This document shows, one piece after another, positions 31,126-40,829 of a DNA stretch of 64,000 nt (the stretch's first letter is position 1; every line of letters begins with the position of its first letter). Both the position numbers and the translations under genes were made by a program. The notes under the pieces were generated by a model that saw only the letters and a program-made list of their open reading frames with translations, searched no databases and was not told the DNA's origin. Origin of the DNA: an uncultured Gammaproteobacteria bacterium (GTDB taxonomy: Bacteria; Patescibacteriota; Patescibacteriia; Magasanikbacterales; GWA2-37-8); NCBI GenBank assembly GCA_964496095.1, contig CAZBWU010000003.1:1901-65900 (forward strand), written 5' to 3'.

Positions 31126-31438
31126 CTTCTAAAATTTTATTTAAATTTTCTTCTTTTTGTTTTTTGGTAAGCGGAGTAGCGTTTGCAATCTTGGCAATTT
31201 CGGACATAACTGTCTCTGGTTTTAAACCCATCACAATCTCGCTATTAACTAAAATATTTGGTCCAAAATCACAACCACCTAGACAACCGCTGCGATCAAA
31301 ATCATATTTACTATTTTGTTCGCCCATTTCCAAACCAGTACCTTCTTCAATACTTTTAATTACTGCCAAAGCCCCATTGTCTACACAAGAACAATCTTCA
31401 CAAGCTCGGATAACAATCTTTTTTTTAGATTTAGACAT
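31106..31438 (-). CDS. thioredoxin-like [2Fe-2S] ferredoxin family protein
   Basis: Cys pairs CEDCSC and CLGGCDFGP. Located directly downstream of the cysteine desulfurase. Confidence 0.55.
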   Translation of the reverse strand: MSKSKKKIVIRACEDCSCVDNGALAVIKSIEEGTGLEMGEQNSKYDFDRSGCLGGCDFGPNILVNSEIVMGLKPETVMSEIAKIANATPLTKKQKEENLNKILEDELYAL

Positions 31439-31440
31439 AT

Positions 31441-32643
31441 TTATTTTGTTTTTTGCATAGCACGCACTTGCGCCACTATCACTGGTAAATGTTTCATTGC
31501 ATAATCTATTTCTTGTTTGGTGTTATTATGCCCAACAGAAAATCGCAAAGCGCCTTTGGCTTCGGTATAAGTTCTACCCATCGCTTTGAGCACATGCGAA
31601 GCTTCTTGCAACCTACTAGAGCAAGCCGAACCGGTAGAACACATAATCCCCTTCGCGCTAAGATATAATAATAACGCATCACCTTCGGCTCCGGCAAAAG
31701 AAATATTGAGATTATTCGGCAATCTAGTTTCGCCAATCTCTGGACCATTTAATTCTATATCTGGAATCTGTTTTTTAATTTTTTCAAAAAAATATTTGGT
31801 TAGTTGGGTAGCTTGTTTAAATCTTTTGTCTTTTTCAGCCATCGCCAAACTTAAAGCTTTGGTAAAACCAACAATGGCTGGCAAGTTCTGGGTACCCGCG
31901 CGCAAACCCATTTCTTGCTCTCCACCAACTAACATCGGACTAATCGGCACACCTCGACGGACGTATAACACTCCAGATCCTTTTGGTCCGTAAATTTTAC
32001 TTCCAGACAAAGTCATTAGGTCGATATGAAGTTTTTCTACACTCAAATCCAAGTATTGAGTTGCTTGACAAGCGTCCGTATGAAAAAATGGATAAATAGT
32101 TTTATTTGTTTTTCGGTATTGCAAAATCTTGCGACCAATTTCGGCAATGGGAGCAATGCTGCCAACTTCGTTATTGGCATAGCCAATAGAAATCAAAACT
32201 GTTTCGGGTTTGATCGCTTTTATCACCTGATCAGCAGTTACCAAGCCCTCCCTACTAGGTTGAAGATACGTCACTTGCCAACCATAAGTCTGCAGTTCTT
32301 CTAAAGGCTTGAGAATAGCGCTATGTTCTATGGCGGTAGTGATAATATGTCCTGGCCGAGCAGATTTACTTACCGCTTTGGCTAATCCGTAGATGGCCAA
32401 GTTATCAGATTCAGTCCCCCCAGTCGTAAAAATTATATTGTCAGGCAAAGCGCCAATAAAACCTGCGACATCCTTGCTACATCTGACTAATTCTTTTTCC
32501 GCTTTTTGGCCTTCGGCATGCAAAGAAGAAGGGTTGGCAAAAACCTTATCAAAAATCGGACGCATCGCCGCCAAAACTCGAATATCAGTTGGAGTTGATG
32601 CGGCATTGTCTAAATAAATTGTTTTTATTTTTTTCTGTGGCAT
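31441..32643 (-). CDS. cysteine desulfurase (class V aminotransferase, IscS/NifS-like)
   Basis: PLP-lysine context SGSKIYGPKGSGVLYVRRG, C-terminal catalytic Cys (CSTGSACSS), 400 aa. Confidence 0.85.
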   Translation of the reverse strand: MPQKKIKTIYLDNAASTPTDIRVLAAMRPIFDKVFANPSSLHAEGQKAEKELVRCSKDVAGFIGALPDNIIFTTGGTESDNLAIYGLAKAVSKSARPGHIITTAIEHSAILKPLEELQTYGWQVTYLQPSREGLVTADQVIKAIKPETVLISIGYANNEVGSIAPIAEIGRKILQYRKTNKTIYPFFHTDACQATQYLDLSVEKLHIDLMTLSGSKIYGPKGSGVLYVRRGVPISPMLVGGEQEMGLRAGTQNLPAIVGFTKALSLAMAEKDKRFKQATQLTKYFFEKIKKQIPDIELNGPEIGETRLPNNLNISFAGAEGDALLLYLSAKGIMCSTGSACSSRLQEASHVLKAMGRTYTEAKGALRFSVGHNNTKQEIDYAMKHLPVIVAQVRAMQKTK

Positions 32644-32648
32644 ACCAA

Positions 32649-33230
32649 TTAAAACGGCAATGTCAAATTAATATTCTTTTTCGCACTTGCATTTTCTTTT
32701 CCAGAATTAGGCATTTCAAAATTAACTGCAAAAGGCAAAACTTCACCGGTTAAATTTTTATAAAATAATTGTTTGTTATTCTTGCCAAATTCATAGACTT
32801 CTTTAGTCACTTTTACATCCTGCTCACAATATTTTTTTATTTCATCTATTTTACCTTCTTTCCACCATTTCATGGCCTGCAAACCATCTGCGCTTTTACT
32901 AATATCTAGCGTCGCCTCAGCCACATCGTTTAGTCTCAACCTTCGCCCGATAGAATCTTTGATAACTCGCAAAAGATCTAAACTCGGAAAAGCCAGTAAA
33001 TCTCCAGGATAATAACGATTAAGAATGGGAATATCAAAATGTTCACTATTATAACCGATTAGACAAGTAGCTTTTTCCAAAATAGGCCACAGTTTGCCTA
33101 GCTCATGCCGTTCAAAAGAACTATAAGCGTCTTTCTCATATTCATAGATAGAAACCACAGTTATTTCCATTGTAGTCAGGTCGGTAATATCGCCGATTGT
33201 TTCTATATCAAAGATGACTTCATTACTCAT
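32649..33230 (-). CDS. DEDD-type 3'-5' exonuclease-like protein
   Basis: Exo I motif FDIETIG plus YNSEHFDIPIL, 193 aa. Confidence 0.5.
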   Translation of the reverse strand: MSNEVIFDIETIGDITDLTTMEITVVSIYEYEKDAYSSFERHELGKLWPILEKATCLIGYNSEHFDIPILNRYYPGDLLAFPSLDLLRVIKDSIGRRLRLNDVAEATLDISKSADGLQAMKWWKEGKIDEIKKYCEQDVKVTKEVYEFGKNNKQLFYKNLTGEVLPFAVNFEMPNSGKENASAKKNINLTLPF

Positions 33231-33301
33231 AATTTTTATTATAACTTGATATTTTACCGAAATACTATATCATAACTAGGCTATATTAACAATATAATTA
33301 T

Positions 33302-33700
33302 ATGTCCAAAAACATCGCCATAATCCTCGGAGAGTTCCATAAAAAAGAAGTGGCAGAAATGCTAAACGAAGCTCGCAAAATAGCCAAGGAAAATAATTTA
33401 AAAATTACAGAAGAAATTTGGGTTACCGGTTCCTATGAAAAGCCTTTAGCTTTGAAGCGGGTTTTGAAGAAGAAAAATATTGCGGGTGCGGTGCTGCTTG
33501 GTATTATTGAGCGTGGAGAAACCAAGCATGGTCTGGTTATGGGTCAAGTGGTCATGCAAGCTGTAGTTAATTTGGAACTAGAATTTATGAAACCAGTTGG
33601 TATTGGTATTTTGGGCCCAGAAATTTTACCTGAACAAATCAACCCTCGCTTATTACCACATGCCAGACAGGCGGTGTTGGCGGTGGCAAAAATGTTATAA
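33302..33700 (+). CDS. 6,7-dimethyl-8-ribityllumazine synthase-like protein
   Basis: 132 aa. IAIILGEF...IWVTGSYEKP...GAVLLGIIERGETKHG resembles RibH flavodoxin-fold motifs. Confidence 0.45.
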   Translation: MSKNIAIILGEFHKKEVAEMLNEARKIAKENNLKITEEIWVTGSYEKPLALKRVLKKKNIAGAVLLGIIERGETKHGLVMGQVVMQAVVNLELEFMKPVGIGILGPEILPEQINPRLLPHARQAVLAVAKML

Positions 33701-35917
33701 ATTTACAACCTTCAAAATCTTCTCCTTAATCCCCTCTGGTGACATCCCAGCCAAATCATAAACTTCTTTTACATTTCCAGATTTGAGGTAATGATTTATC
33801 CCGATGGCCTTTTGATTATAATTTTCTGTCAACATAAATGGATATAAAAACCCTGGCCAACCATTATGTAATGTGACAACTAGTTTTCTTTCTTCATCTG
33901 ACAAAATACTTTCCGCTTTTTCAGGATTTGTTTTTCTAAGGTCTTCAAATAATTCTGGCGAAGTGACAGCGATAATTTTTACATCAAGATTTTGTTTTTC
34001 AAGTTCTGGTAAAATTTCTAGAACATTTTGTAATATTTGGGAGCCGGAGATTACTAAGACGATTTTTTTATTGTTAGGAATAGATCCCTCGTCGGCTACG
34101 GCCTCGCTCGGGATGACAGTGTTGGAAAATTGTTTGTAAACATACGCACCGTTGCTAGATTCAATCGCTTTTGGCACACCATTAGACCTGTTCAAAACTG
34201 GCATTTCCGGCCTAGAGACAGACAAAACAATCGGTTCGCCTTTTTCTAAAGATGCAAAAAGCATCTCAATAGTCTCGTTGGCATCTAGGGGCTTGTAGAC
34301 CTTGATCCCAGGCAAAGCAGTATAAAGTGACATCCAATACATTCCCTGATGTGTAGGACCATCCTCGCCGGTTTCTGGACCATCGTGGGCTGCGAGTGCG
34401 ATAAAAAAGCCTTTCAATTCGGGGTTGAGCTGGTTGCCAATGACAGCCAAGCGAATAGCATTACCCATCATCGTAGTAAAGACTGCAAAAGTGCCAAACA
34501 CCGATACTGGTCTATACCCACCAGGCAAAACATCCATCGTCAGTCCTGCACCCATCATCGCCATATTTTGTTCGGCAATACCAAAGCGAATACCACGACC
34601 CAAAGGATTCTGTTTACTAATAATTCCATAAACTTCTTCGGCGCTATTGGTAAAGACAGATTTTGATAAGTCCCCTGCTCCGGCATAAAAAAACGCAGTC
34701 TGTTTCATAAACCAATTCATCCAGGCTTGTGCAGCTTTGCGAGTAGAAACTTTTTCTCCTTCTTTAAAAACTAATTCGGGAGGTAAATTTTTTGGACGAC
34801 GAATAGAAAGTGGATTAACAATCGGTCTACCTGCCAACGATTTTTTCATTTGATTTACCAATACTGATTCAGGTAAAACTTTTTTGGCACCCACTTCCAA
34901 TCTTTCTAAAATATATTTTTCATCTTCTGCGCTTATTTCACTCATCACAGTTTCTATATCAGACATCACGTCACCTTTTTTACCCTCTATAAAAAACCCT
35001 AATTGTTTCATTATCTCTACATAGTCATCATGCTTGACTGGTGAACCGTGAGAAGCAGCAGTGTTTTCTAGTTTGCCATAGCCTTTACCTTTGAGAGTAT
35101 GACACAGCACGACTGTCGGCTGATTATTTTCAAACCCTTGAGCTGCTAGGTGGTAGGCTTGCGCGACTTCTACAACATTATGACCGTTTACTTCTATCAA
35201 ATTCCAACCTAGCCCTAGCCAATGATTGATATATGGCGAAGAAATAACTTCTTCGATATCGGCGTCAATACCAAAATGATTATAATCCAAACTGACAATC
35301 AAATTTTTGAGACCATTGGTGGAGGCCAAATTGCGCGCTTCATAGGTCATACCTTCTTCGCTCTCGGCATCACCCATAAATACCCAAGTTTTGGTATCTA
35401 GTCCCGAGGCTTGGTGAGACATCGCAATTCCTACCGCTGCTGAAAAACCATGACCAGATGGGCCGGTAGTAAAATCAGAATAAGGATAACTAGACTCAGC
35501 ATGTCCTTGCGGACCATCGGCGTGACGGAAACGAATTAAGTCTTCTAATGTAGCTGCTTTGACCACGGCTTCAGAGAATTGCCGACCACCTCGACGCAAG
35601 ATTTCATAATACAAAGCTTGCCCGGCAAAAAGTAATGGTGTGCAGTGCCCTGCGCTCCAAATCAATCTGTCTCGGCCAGGATTTTTGGGCAACATTGGAT
35701 CATAAGCCAATACTCCACCCAAAGTCATAGCCAAAAATTGTTCTACCTTGCCACTACTACCAGGATGACCAGACTGCCCCGCTTCAACAGTGGCAAAAAT
35801 AAGGCCACGTAAAACTCTGGCTAACTTTTCCATCTTAGGAATATCTATACCTTCTAGATTTGTTATTTTTTTCTTTTGGAGGTTTAGGTATTGGGGGGCT
35901 GAGGGGTTTTTGGTCAT
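33695..35917 (-). CDS. tkt: transketolase (740 aa; carries an in-frame 13-codon MITE half-element)
   Basis: TPP-binding GHPGSSGKVEQF, pyrimidine-binding and C-terminal domains. The segment TVIPSEAVADEGS is encoded by the repeat unit at 34083-34119. Confidence 0.8.
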   Translation of the reverse strand: MTKNPSAPQYLNLQKKKITNLEGIDIPKMEKLARVLRGLIFATVEAGQSGHPGSSGKVEQFLAMTLGGVLAYDPMLPKNPGRDRLIWSAGHCTPLLFAGQALYYEILRRGGRQFSEAVVKAATLEDLIRFRHADGPQGHAESSYPYSDFTTGPSGHGFSAAVGIAMSHQASGLDTKTWVFMGDAESEEGMTYEARNLASTNGLKNLIVSLDYNHFGIDADIEEVISSPYINHWLGLGWNLIEVNGHNVVEVAQAYHLAAQGFENNQPTVVLCHTLKGKGYGKLENTAASHGSPVKHDDYVEIMKQLGFFIEGKKGDVMSDIETVMSEISAEDEKYILERLEVGAKKVLPESVLVNQMKKSLAGRPIVNPLSIRRPKNLPPELVFKEGEKVSTRKAAQAWMNWFMKQTAFFYAGAGDLSKSVFTNSAEEVYGIISKQNPLGRGIRFGIAEQNMAMMGAGLTMDVLPGGYRPVSVFGTFAVFTTMMGNAIRLAVIGNQLNPELKGFFIALAAHDGPETGEDGPTHQGMYWMSLYTALPGIKVYKPLDANETIEMLFASLEKGEPIVLSVSRPEMPVLNRSNGVPKAIESSNGAYVYKQFSNTVIPSEAVADEGSIPNNKKIVLVISGSQILQNVLEILPELEKQNLDVKIIAVTSPELFEDLRKTNPEKAESILSDEERKLVVTLHNGWPGFLYPFMLTENYNQKAIGINHYLKSGNVKEVYDLAGMSPEGIKEKILKVVNL
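34083..34119. mobile_element. MITE half-unit inserted in-frame in tkt
   Basis: gatccctcgtcggctacggcctcgctcgggatgaca is the exact reverse complement of the left half of copy 1. Confidence 0.7.
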
Positions 35918-35939
35918 AGAACAAACTAAAATTTTTAAA

Positions 35940-36353
35940 CTATGTCAAAATTATAATTGCAACTAACGCTCCTTGTTCCTTAATTCTGAAAGTTCCCCCT
36001 ACTTCATCTTGAAAAACTTCCTCTAATCTTTCGGGGTCATAAACAGCTATAGCTGGTTTACTATAACCACTGAGCGAAGTTGCGAATAAAAAAGGGTTTT
36101 CATGCCGATCTTCTTCAGGATTAAAATTTATTTCTGGTCTAGCATAAAAGATATTATCTGGATCTAACATCTGGTCTAGAGATTTTTTATTAGCATTAAA
36201 ACCGCAATATAAAAGACCCGGACGGTAAAATTTTTGTTTTTTTAATTCGTCAAGAAAAATGCTAATTTGTTGAGATTCGTCCCACCCTACTGATGTATCA
36301 ATTATAAATTTTAACGATTCAAGTTCTTTACCGTCTATTCGTTCAATTGTCAT
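35940..36353 (-). CDS. hypothetical protein
   Basis: 137-aa ORF, no recognised motif. Confidence 0.35.
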   Translation of the reverse strand: MTIERIDGKELESLKFIIDTSVGWDESQQISIFLDELKKQKFYRPGLLYCGFNANKKSLDQMLDPDNIFYARPEINFNPEEDRHENPFLFATSLSGYSKPAIAVYDPERLEEVFQDEVGGTFRIKEQGALVAIIILT

Positions 36354-36382
36354 AAAAGCTCAACTTAATAGAGTAATTTTAA

Positions 36383-37003
36383 TTAATCATTTATTAGATT
36401 AATTCTTTTGGCACAAATATTTACTACCTCTTCTGCATTGCTTACACCACAAATACAGACTTCGTTTAGGAAAGCACGGTGTAGATCAAATCGGCTCATA
36501 GGTAACGGACCTGTTTTCATTTTTAAAACCACCACATTTTTTTCACTTCCACCAATCTTTGTACCATCGGCAAATTCCTTCCATTGAATTGAGTTTATCT
36601 TGCTTTTTTGAAGATGTATTAATCTGGTAGGCGTGCTTACAAAAATACCACTATTTTTAAACAAGGGTTTAATACCAAGCACTAGCAGAACAATTCCAGC
36701 CACTATCAAGGCACCAGCGAACACAACCGCCGAAGTGGCTTGCTCTAAATGGCCTGGAGAAACACGTTCAAACTGAAAATGTGTAATGAAATTTGAATAA
36801 AAATAAGCTTCTTTACCCTGAAAAATTCGTAAAAAATTATAGACCAAATCAGAAATTGACCACAAACAAATAGCTAATCCAAAAAGTATAAAGTACTTTG
36901 ATGTCTCAGCTATGTAAAAACCCTTGGACTCTAAAACAAAATCTGGTTTTTCAGAACCAATTATATCGTTTAATTCTGCCGGTAAGGGAATATTCTTGAT
37001 CAT
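36383..37003 (-). CDS. hypothetical membrane protein
   Basis: 206 aa, 2-3 TM helices. Confidence 0.4.
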   Translation of the reverse strand: MIKNIPLPAELNDIIGSEKPDFVLESKGFYIAETSKYFILFGLAICLWSISDLVYNFLRIFQGKEAYFYSNFITHFQFERVSPGHLEQATSAVVFAGALIVAGIVLLVLGIKPLFKNSGIFVSTPTRLIHLQKSKINSIQWKEFADGTKIGGSEKNVVVLKMKTGPLPMSRFDLHRAFLNEVCICGVSNAEEVVNICAKRINLIND

Positions 37004-37019
37004 AATTTAATAAATAATG

Positions 37020-37150
37020 TTTTTATTTTCTCCAGAACCTTTCCTGTTCAAACATCTACCCTTCCCACTTATAAAATTTCTAAATAATTACAAAAAGTTA
37101 ACGGCATACTGGTTCTAATTGTATCATTTTCTACTTTGCACTACAAATTA
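37020..37150 (-). pseudogene. remnant duplicate of the 3' end of the LtaS-like sulfatase gene
   Basis: ~80% nt identity to 37975-38100. The reverse frame gives VENDTIRTSMPLTFCNYLEIL*, compared with DVENDTVNSSTPLTLCEYLEFYKW... at the C-terminus of the intact gene. Confidence 0.5.
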
Positions 37151-37261
37151 ATCTCCCGGCCGGGATTTCTTGGTAATATCAATACCTCCTAGGTTTGGTT
37201 TTTTTCTTTTGAAGATTTAGGTATAAAAAATGAAAGGTTAGTTAAGGGAATATTTTTTTAA

Positions 37262-37633
37262 TTACTTTTTTGGAATTATAGAAATAGGTAAATAAATTAC
37301 TTTGGCTTCTTTGCCAGTTTCAAGCCCATCTTCCCTTGCCTCTCTTTCAGGCATTTTAAGAAAAGCTCGAACATTACGGGTGGCTTCATGGATTTCTTCC
37401 GAGGGTATATATAAATCCCGTAACTGCATGGTGAAACTTATCCATGCTTTATTAATCACTTGTGTAATATCATTGGGATTGGACACCCCTTTCTTTGCAT
37501 CAAAATAACAAACAAAAAACTTATCCTTTAAATCTTTTTCACTATTACCAGAAAGCAAACTCAGCTTTCGGATTATAGGATTAGTTATTTTTGAAATCAA
37601 CTGCTTCTCAATATTAGAAATATCGCCAATCAT
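37262..37633 (-). CDS. hypothetical protein
   Basis: 123-aa ORF. Confidence 0.35.
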   Translation of the reverse strand: MIGDISNIEKQLISKITNPIIRKLSLLSGNSEKDLKDKFFVCYFDAKKGVSNPNDITQVINKAWISFTMQLRDLYIPSEEIHEATRNVRAFLKMPEREAREDGLETGKEAKVIYLPISIIPKK

Positions 37634-37650
37634 AAAATAAACTTAACTCC

Positions 37651-37968
37651 CTATTTGCCTCTGTATTTTTTAGTGATAAATTTAGCAATTCTATAAACGT
37701 AGAAAAAAATAAATCCATAAATTAGAACGGTAAGGATAGCCATCGCAAAATATATCCAAGCTTCGAAATCATCCTTAAAATAATACTGCCCAAAAGCACC
37801 AAACATTAGTCCTCCAAGAACAAAAGCTACTGGTAATGCTAAAAATGCAGGAGCAAAGAAAAAATCCAACCCCGGTTCATTTCTAAAGATAATTAGAATA
37901 ACCCCGAATAAACAGCCGGCGAGAAAAAAATGTAACTCCCTTGATCTAATTATACTTCCTACATTCAT
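37651..37968 (-). CDS. hypothetical membrane protein
   Basis: 105 aa, 3 TM helices. Confidence 0.4.
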   Translation of the reverse strand: MNVGSIIRSRELHFFLAGCLFGVILIIFRNEPGLDFFFAPAFLALPVAFVLGGLMFGAFGQYYFKDDFEAWIYFAMAILTVLIYGFIFFYVYRIAKFITKKYRGK

Positions 37969-37974
37969 AAGATT

Positions 37975-40359
37975 TTATATTCCCCAAAATCTACCTTCCT
38001 GAAACATCTGTCGTTTCCACTTATAAAATTCTAAATATTCACACAAAGTTAACGGCGTACTAGAATTAACTGTATCATTTTCCACATCACACTTCAAATC
38101 ACTTGGAATCTGATAACTTACGTTACGTTTTCCATTTTCTTCTTGATTAATATACAAGCCGTATTCATGCATGCCCAAAATATTTTGATATTTTTCTCTA
38201 TCATCAAAAATTGAATGACCTTCAAAATTATTTTCCGGATTAATATTTAAAATTTGTAATAAAGTGGGAGCGATATCTATACTAGAAGAATAGAGGTTAA
38301 CTTCTTTTGACAATGTCGGTTGTCTGTCATTCTGAGCGGAGTGAAGAATCTTTCCGTTTGAAAGCTCTTGCTCGGAAAGATCCCTCGTCGCCTTTAAAGG
38401 CTCGCTCGGGATGACAGTTGTTGATTGTGGCACGTACATCATCAACATGTTTTCATCATAAAAACTCAGTTTTTTTGCATCTGCAGGAAATAAATTTTTA
38501 ATCTCAGCTCCTGGAAAGGCTGAGTGATCTGCTACTGCCACCACAATTGTATTGTCGTAATATTCACTATTTCTGAACTGCTCCCAAAACTGACCAAAAG
38601 CATCGTCGGCTGTATAGTATGAATTTAAAACATTATTTTTACCATCTCCATACATAATCATATCTTTGGCCAAATCAAATGGCGGATGCGTATCTACCGT
38701 GGAGAGCATCATTAAAAATGGCTCTTCTTGTTTTTTACTAATTAATTTTCTTTCTACCATATCCCACATAAAATTAAAAAGTTGGTGATCCGAATAACCC
38801 CAAGATAACGGTTCGTTTCCCGTTAGTTTTTTAATCTCTGCTTGTCCATAGATATTTTCCACATCCATACTTCCAAAAATCGAAGCTTTGTTTTCAAATT
38901 CTTTAGGTACGGCGGTGATATAAGTGTTGTAATAACCATTTTCTTTCAAGATGTTTGACAAACAAAGCAAACGTAGTCTCTGTAAATTTTTATTATCTTC
39001 TATCTCAGTATAACCGGTCGGAGGCAAAAAAGAACAAAGCTGAGCCAGAATACCGTTGATAGTCGGTGTTGAAGCGTTAAAATAATTTTTAAAAATAGTT
39101 GTGTGCGGATCGTTAGCCATTTTTTCTAAGTTAGGTGTGAGTCCTGATAAATTTTTGTTGTAAACACTTGTCAATCGACTGGAGAAAGATTCAAAAAAAA
39201 GAATAATAACATTTGGCTTTTGCTTGATTAAATCTTCTGGCAAAAGTTTTTTAACGGCAGTGAAAACCTTATCTCGATGCGCCAAATCAAACCGATCGGT
39301 GTCATAAAACAGACCAAATTTTTCTAACTTTTGTTTTACCACTGGACTTAAAACTGCCTCTGATTTGTCACCTTTAAAAAATTCATAAAAATTTCTGGCG
39401 ATTGTATATTCCGGAGTGTTTTGGAAAGAACTTAAGCCCAACAAAGACACCAGCGCCACCGCAATCAAAGCCATACTATAATATGACCATTGGCGAAAAG
39501 AACTTTTTTGATATGATTTAATAATTTGACGAAAGATTAAAATAAAAATTATAAGAACTAATACACCAATAGATCCAACCAGAATACTAAAACTATTCAA
39601 CGTAACACCCGATGAACCTTGGGCCACTTCTAGCATTAAAGGACTAAGATAAAGCCCTGTAAAATATAAAATACCTATGTTTGCAACCCATACAGACAAA
39701 ATTAAAACAAAAAACAAAACCCATAATCCTAAAACTAAATAACGCCAAATTGATTTTGTTTTCGAGTAAATCAGCGTAGCTAGAGCAAAACCCAAAATCA
39801 AAAACATGGTCATTGCCCAAGCGCGGAACAAAACTATGTTATGAAATTTTAAGTAGTTGTCAAAGTTGGCCAGACGAAATGCTAAATATTGAAACACGGA
39901 AAAGAAAATAAACAAGAAAAAAATTAAAGTAAAAATATTTTTGTTTACCAACTTCCACTGATGAGCGTCGGGATGAAAGGAAATATATTTTTGGGTTCGC
40001 CAGAAAAACAAACCCATTAGCAACAAAAATACTACTAGACTCAAAATTTGATTTGGACTAAAAAATACCAAGAAAAAAAGTGAGAAATAAAAAAACAGGT
40101 TGTCTAAAAATAAACCGAATTCTTTTTGCCAAAAAATATGGCGATTAAATTTGGCAGTAAAGAAATGATAGGACCACTTGAAAATATGGTAGCCGACAAA
40201 AACCGTAATCCAAATCACAAACACCTTAATCAAAAAAGGGTTATAGGGTTTATGTTTGAAGTGGTACCAGCTCCAACCAGAGGAAATAATAAAAGAACCG
40301 GCTAAGGTCTGCACTATCCCCCACCAAGATTTAAGTTTACCGAAGATTGTTTTAAGCAT
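37975..40359 (-). CDS. LtaS-like membrane sulfatase / alkaline-phosphatase-superfamily protein (794 aa; carries a full in-frame MITE)
   Basis: N-terminal polytopic domain followed by a C-terminal sulfatase domain. The stretch VIPSEPLKATRDLSEQELSNGKILHSAQNDRQ is the translation of MITE copy 5. Confidence 0.65.
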   Translation of the reverse strand: MLKTIFGKLKSWWGIVQTLAGSFIISSGWSWYHFKHKPYNPFLIKVFVIWITVFVGYHIFKWSYHFFTAKFNRHIFWQKEFGLFLDNLFFYFSLFFLVFFSPNQILSLVVFLLLMGLFFWRTQKYISFHPDAHQWKLVNKNIFTLIFFLFIFFSVFQYLAFRLANFDNYLKFHNIVLFRAWAMTMFLILGFALATLIYSKTKSIWRYLVLGLWVLFFVLILSVWVANIGILYFTGLYLSPLMLEVAQGSSGVTLNSFSILVGSIGVLVLIIFILIFRQIIKSYQKSSFRQWSYYSMALIAVALVSLLGLSSFQNTPEYTIARNFYEFFKGDKSEAVLSPVVKQKLEKFGLFYDTDRFDLAHRDKVFTAVKKLLPEDLIKQKPNVIILFFESFSSRLTSVYNKNLSGLTPNLEKMANDPHTTIFKNYFNASTPTINGILAQLCSFLPPTGYTEIEDNKNLQRLRLLCLSNILKENGYYNTYITAVPKEFENKASIFGSMDVENIYGQAEIKKLTGNEPLSWGYSDHQLFNFMWDMVERKLISKKQEEPFLMMLSTVDTHPPFDLAKDMIMYGDGKNNVLNSYYTADDAFGQFWEQFRNSEYYDNTIVVAVADHSAFPGAEIKNLFPADAKKLSFYDENMLMMYVPQSTTVIPSEPLKATRDLSEQELSNGKILHSAQNDRQPTLSKEVNLYSSSIDIAPTLLQILNINPENNFEGHSIFDDREKYQNILGMHEYGLYINQEENGKRNVSYQIPSDLKCDVENDTVNSSTPLTLCEYLEFYKWKRQMFQEGRFWGI
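38325..38416. mobile_element. MITE-like palindromic element, copy 5 (in-frame in the sulfatase-like gene)
   Basis: tgtcattctgagcggagtgaagaatc...gatccctcgtcgcc...ggctcgctcgggatgaca. Confidence 0.7.
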
Positions 40360-40363
40360 TAAA

Positions 40364-40723
40364 TTAGAGCTCGATTTCGTATTCTTTGGCTTGGCGTCTT
40401 TGTTTCTTTTCTTTTTCAGTGACTCTTTGTTTCATTTTATATTTTTTAAGTTCTGATTCCAAGTAATCACGAATCATATCAATGGCTTTGTAAAGTGTGT
40501 CAGCTGATTTGGAAGCAAACAGATCCTTGCCAGCGACTTGTAATTTATACTCTGCAAAAAACATATCCCCTTTGGTGTGGTGTTTACTGTTTATACCCAC
40601 CACTACCTCAGTACGAATAATGCCGTTATTGTAAAATTTATTTAATGACTCGGCTTTTTTGGTAGCATACTCTTTGATAGCGTCTGTGAGATCCATGCCT
40701 CGGCCTGTTATTTGTGTTTTCAT
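40364..40723 (-). CDS. hpf: ribosome hibernation promoting factor (RaiA/HPF, S30AE family)
   Basis: MKTQITGRGMDLTDAIKEYATKK..., 119 aa. Confidence 0.85.
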   Translation of the reverse strand: MKTQITGRGMDLTDAIKEYATKKAESLNKFYNNGIIRTEVVVGINSKHHTKGDMFFAEYKLQVAGKDLFASKSADTLYKAIDMIRDYLESELKKYKMKQRVTEKEKKQRRQAKEYEIEL

Positions 40724-40742
40724 ACTAGAATGAATTAATTTC

Positions 40743-40821
40743 TGTCATCCTGAACGCACTGAAGGATCTCTATCAGTTCTTAAAAATTGGACAGAGATTC
40801 TTCGCGTTGCTCAGAATGACA
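40743..40821. mobile_element. MITE-like palindromic element, copy 6
   Basis: tgtcatcctgaacgcactgaaggatctct...agagattcttcgcgttgctcagaatgaca. Confidence 0.7.
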
Positions 40822-40829
40822 TTTTTAAA

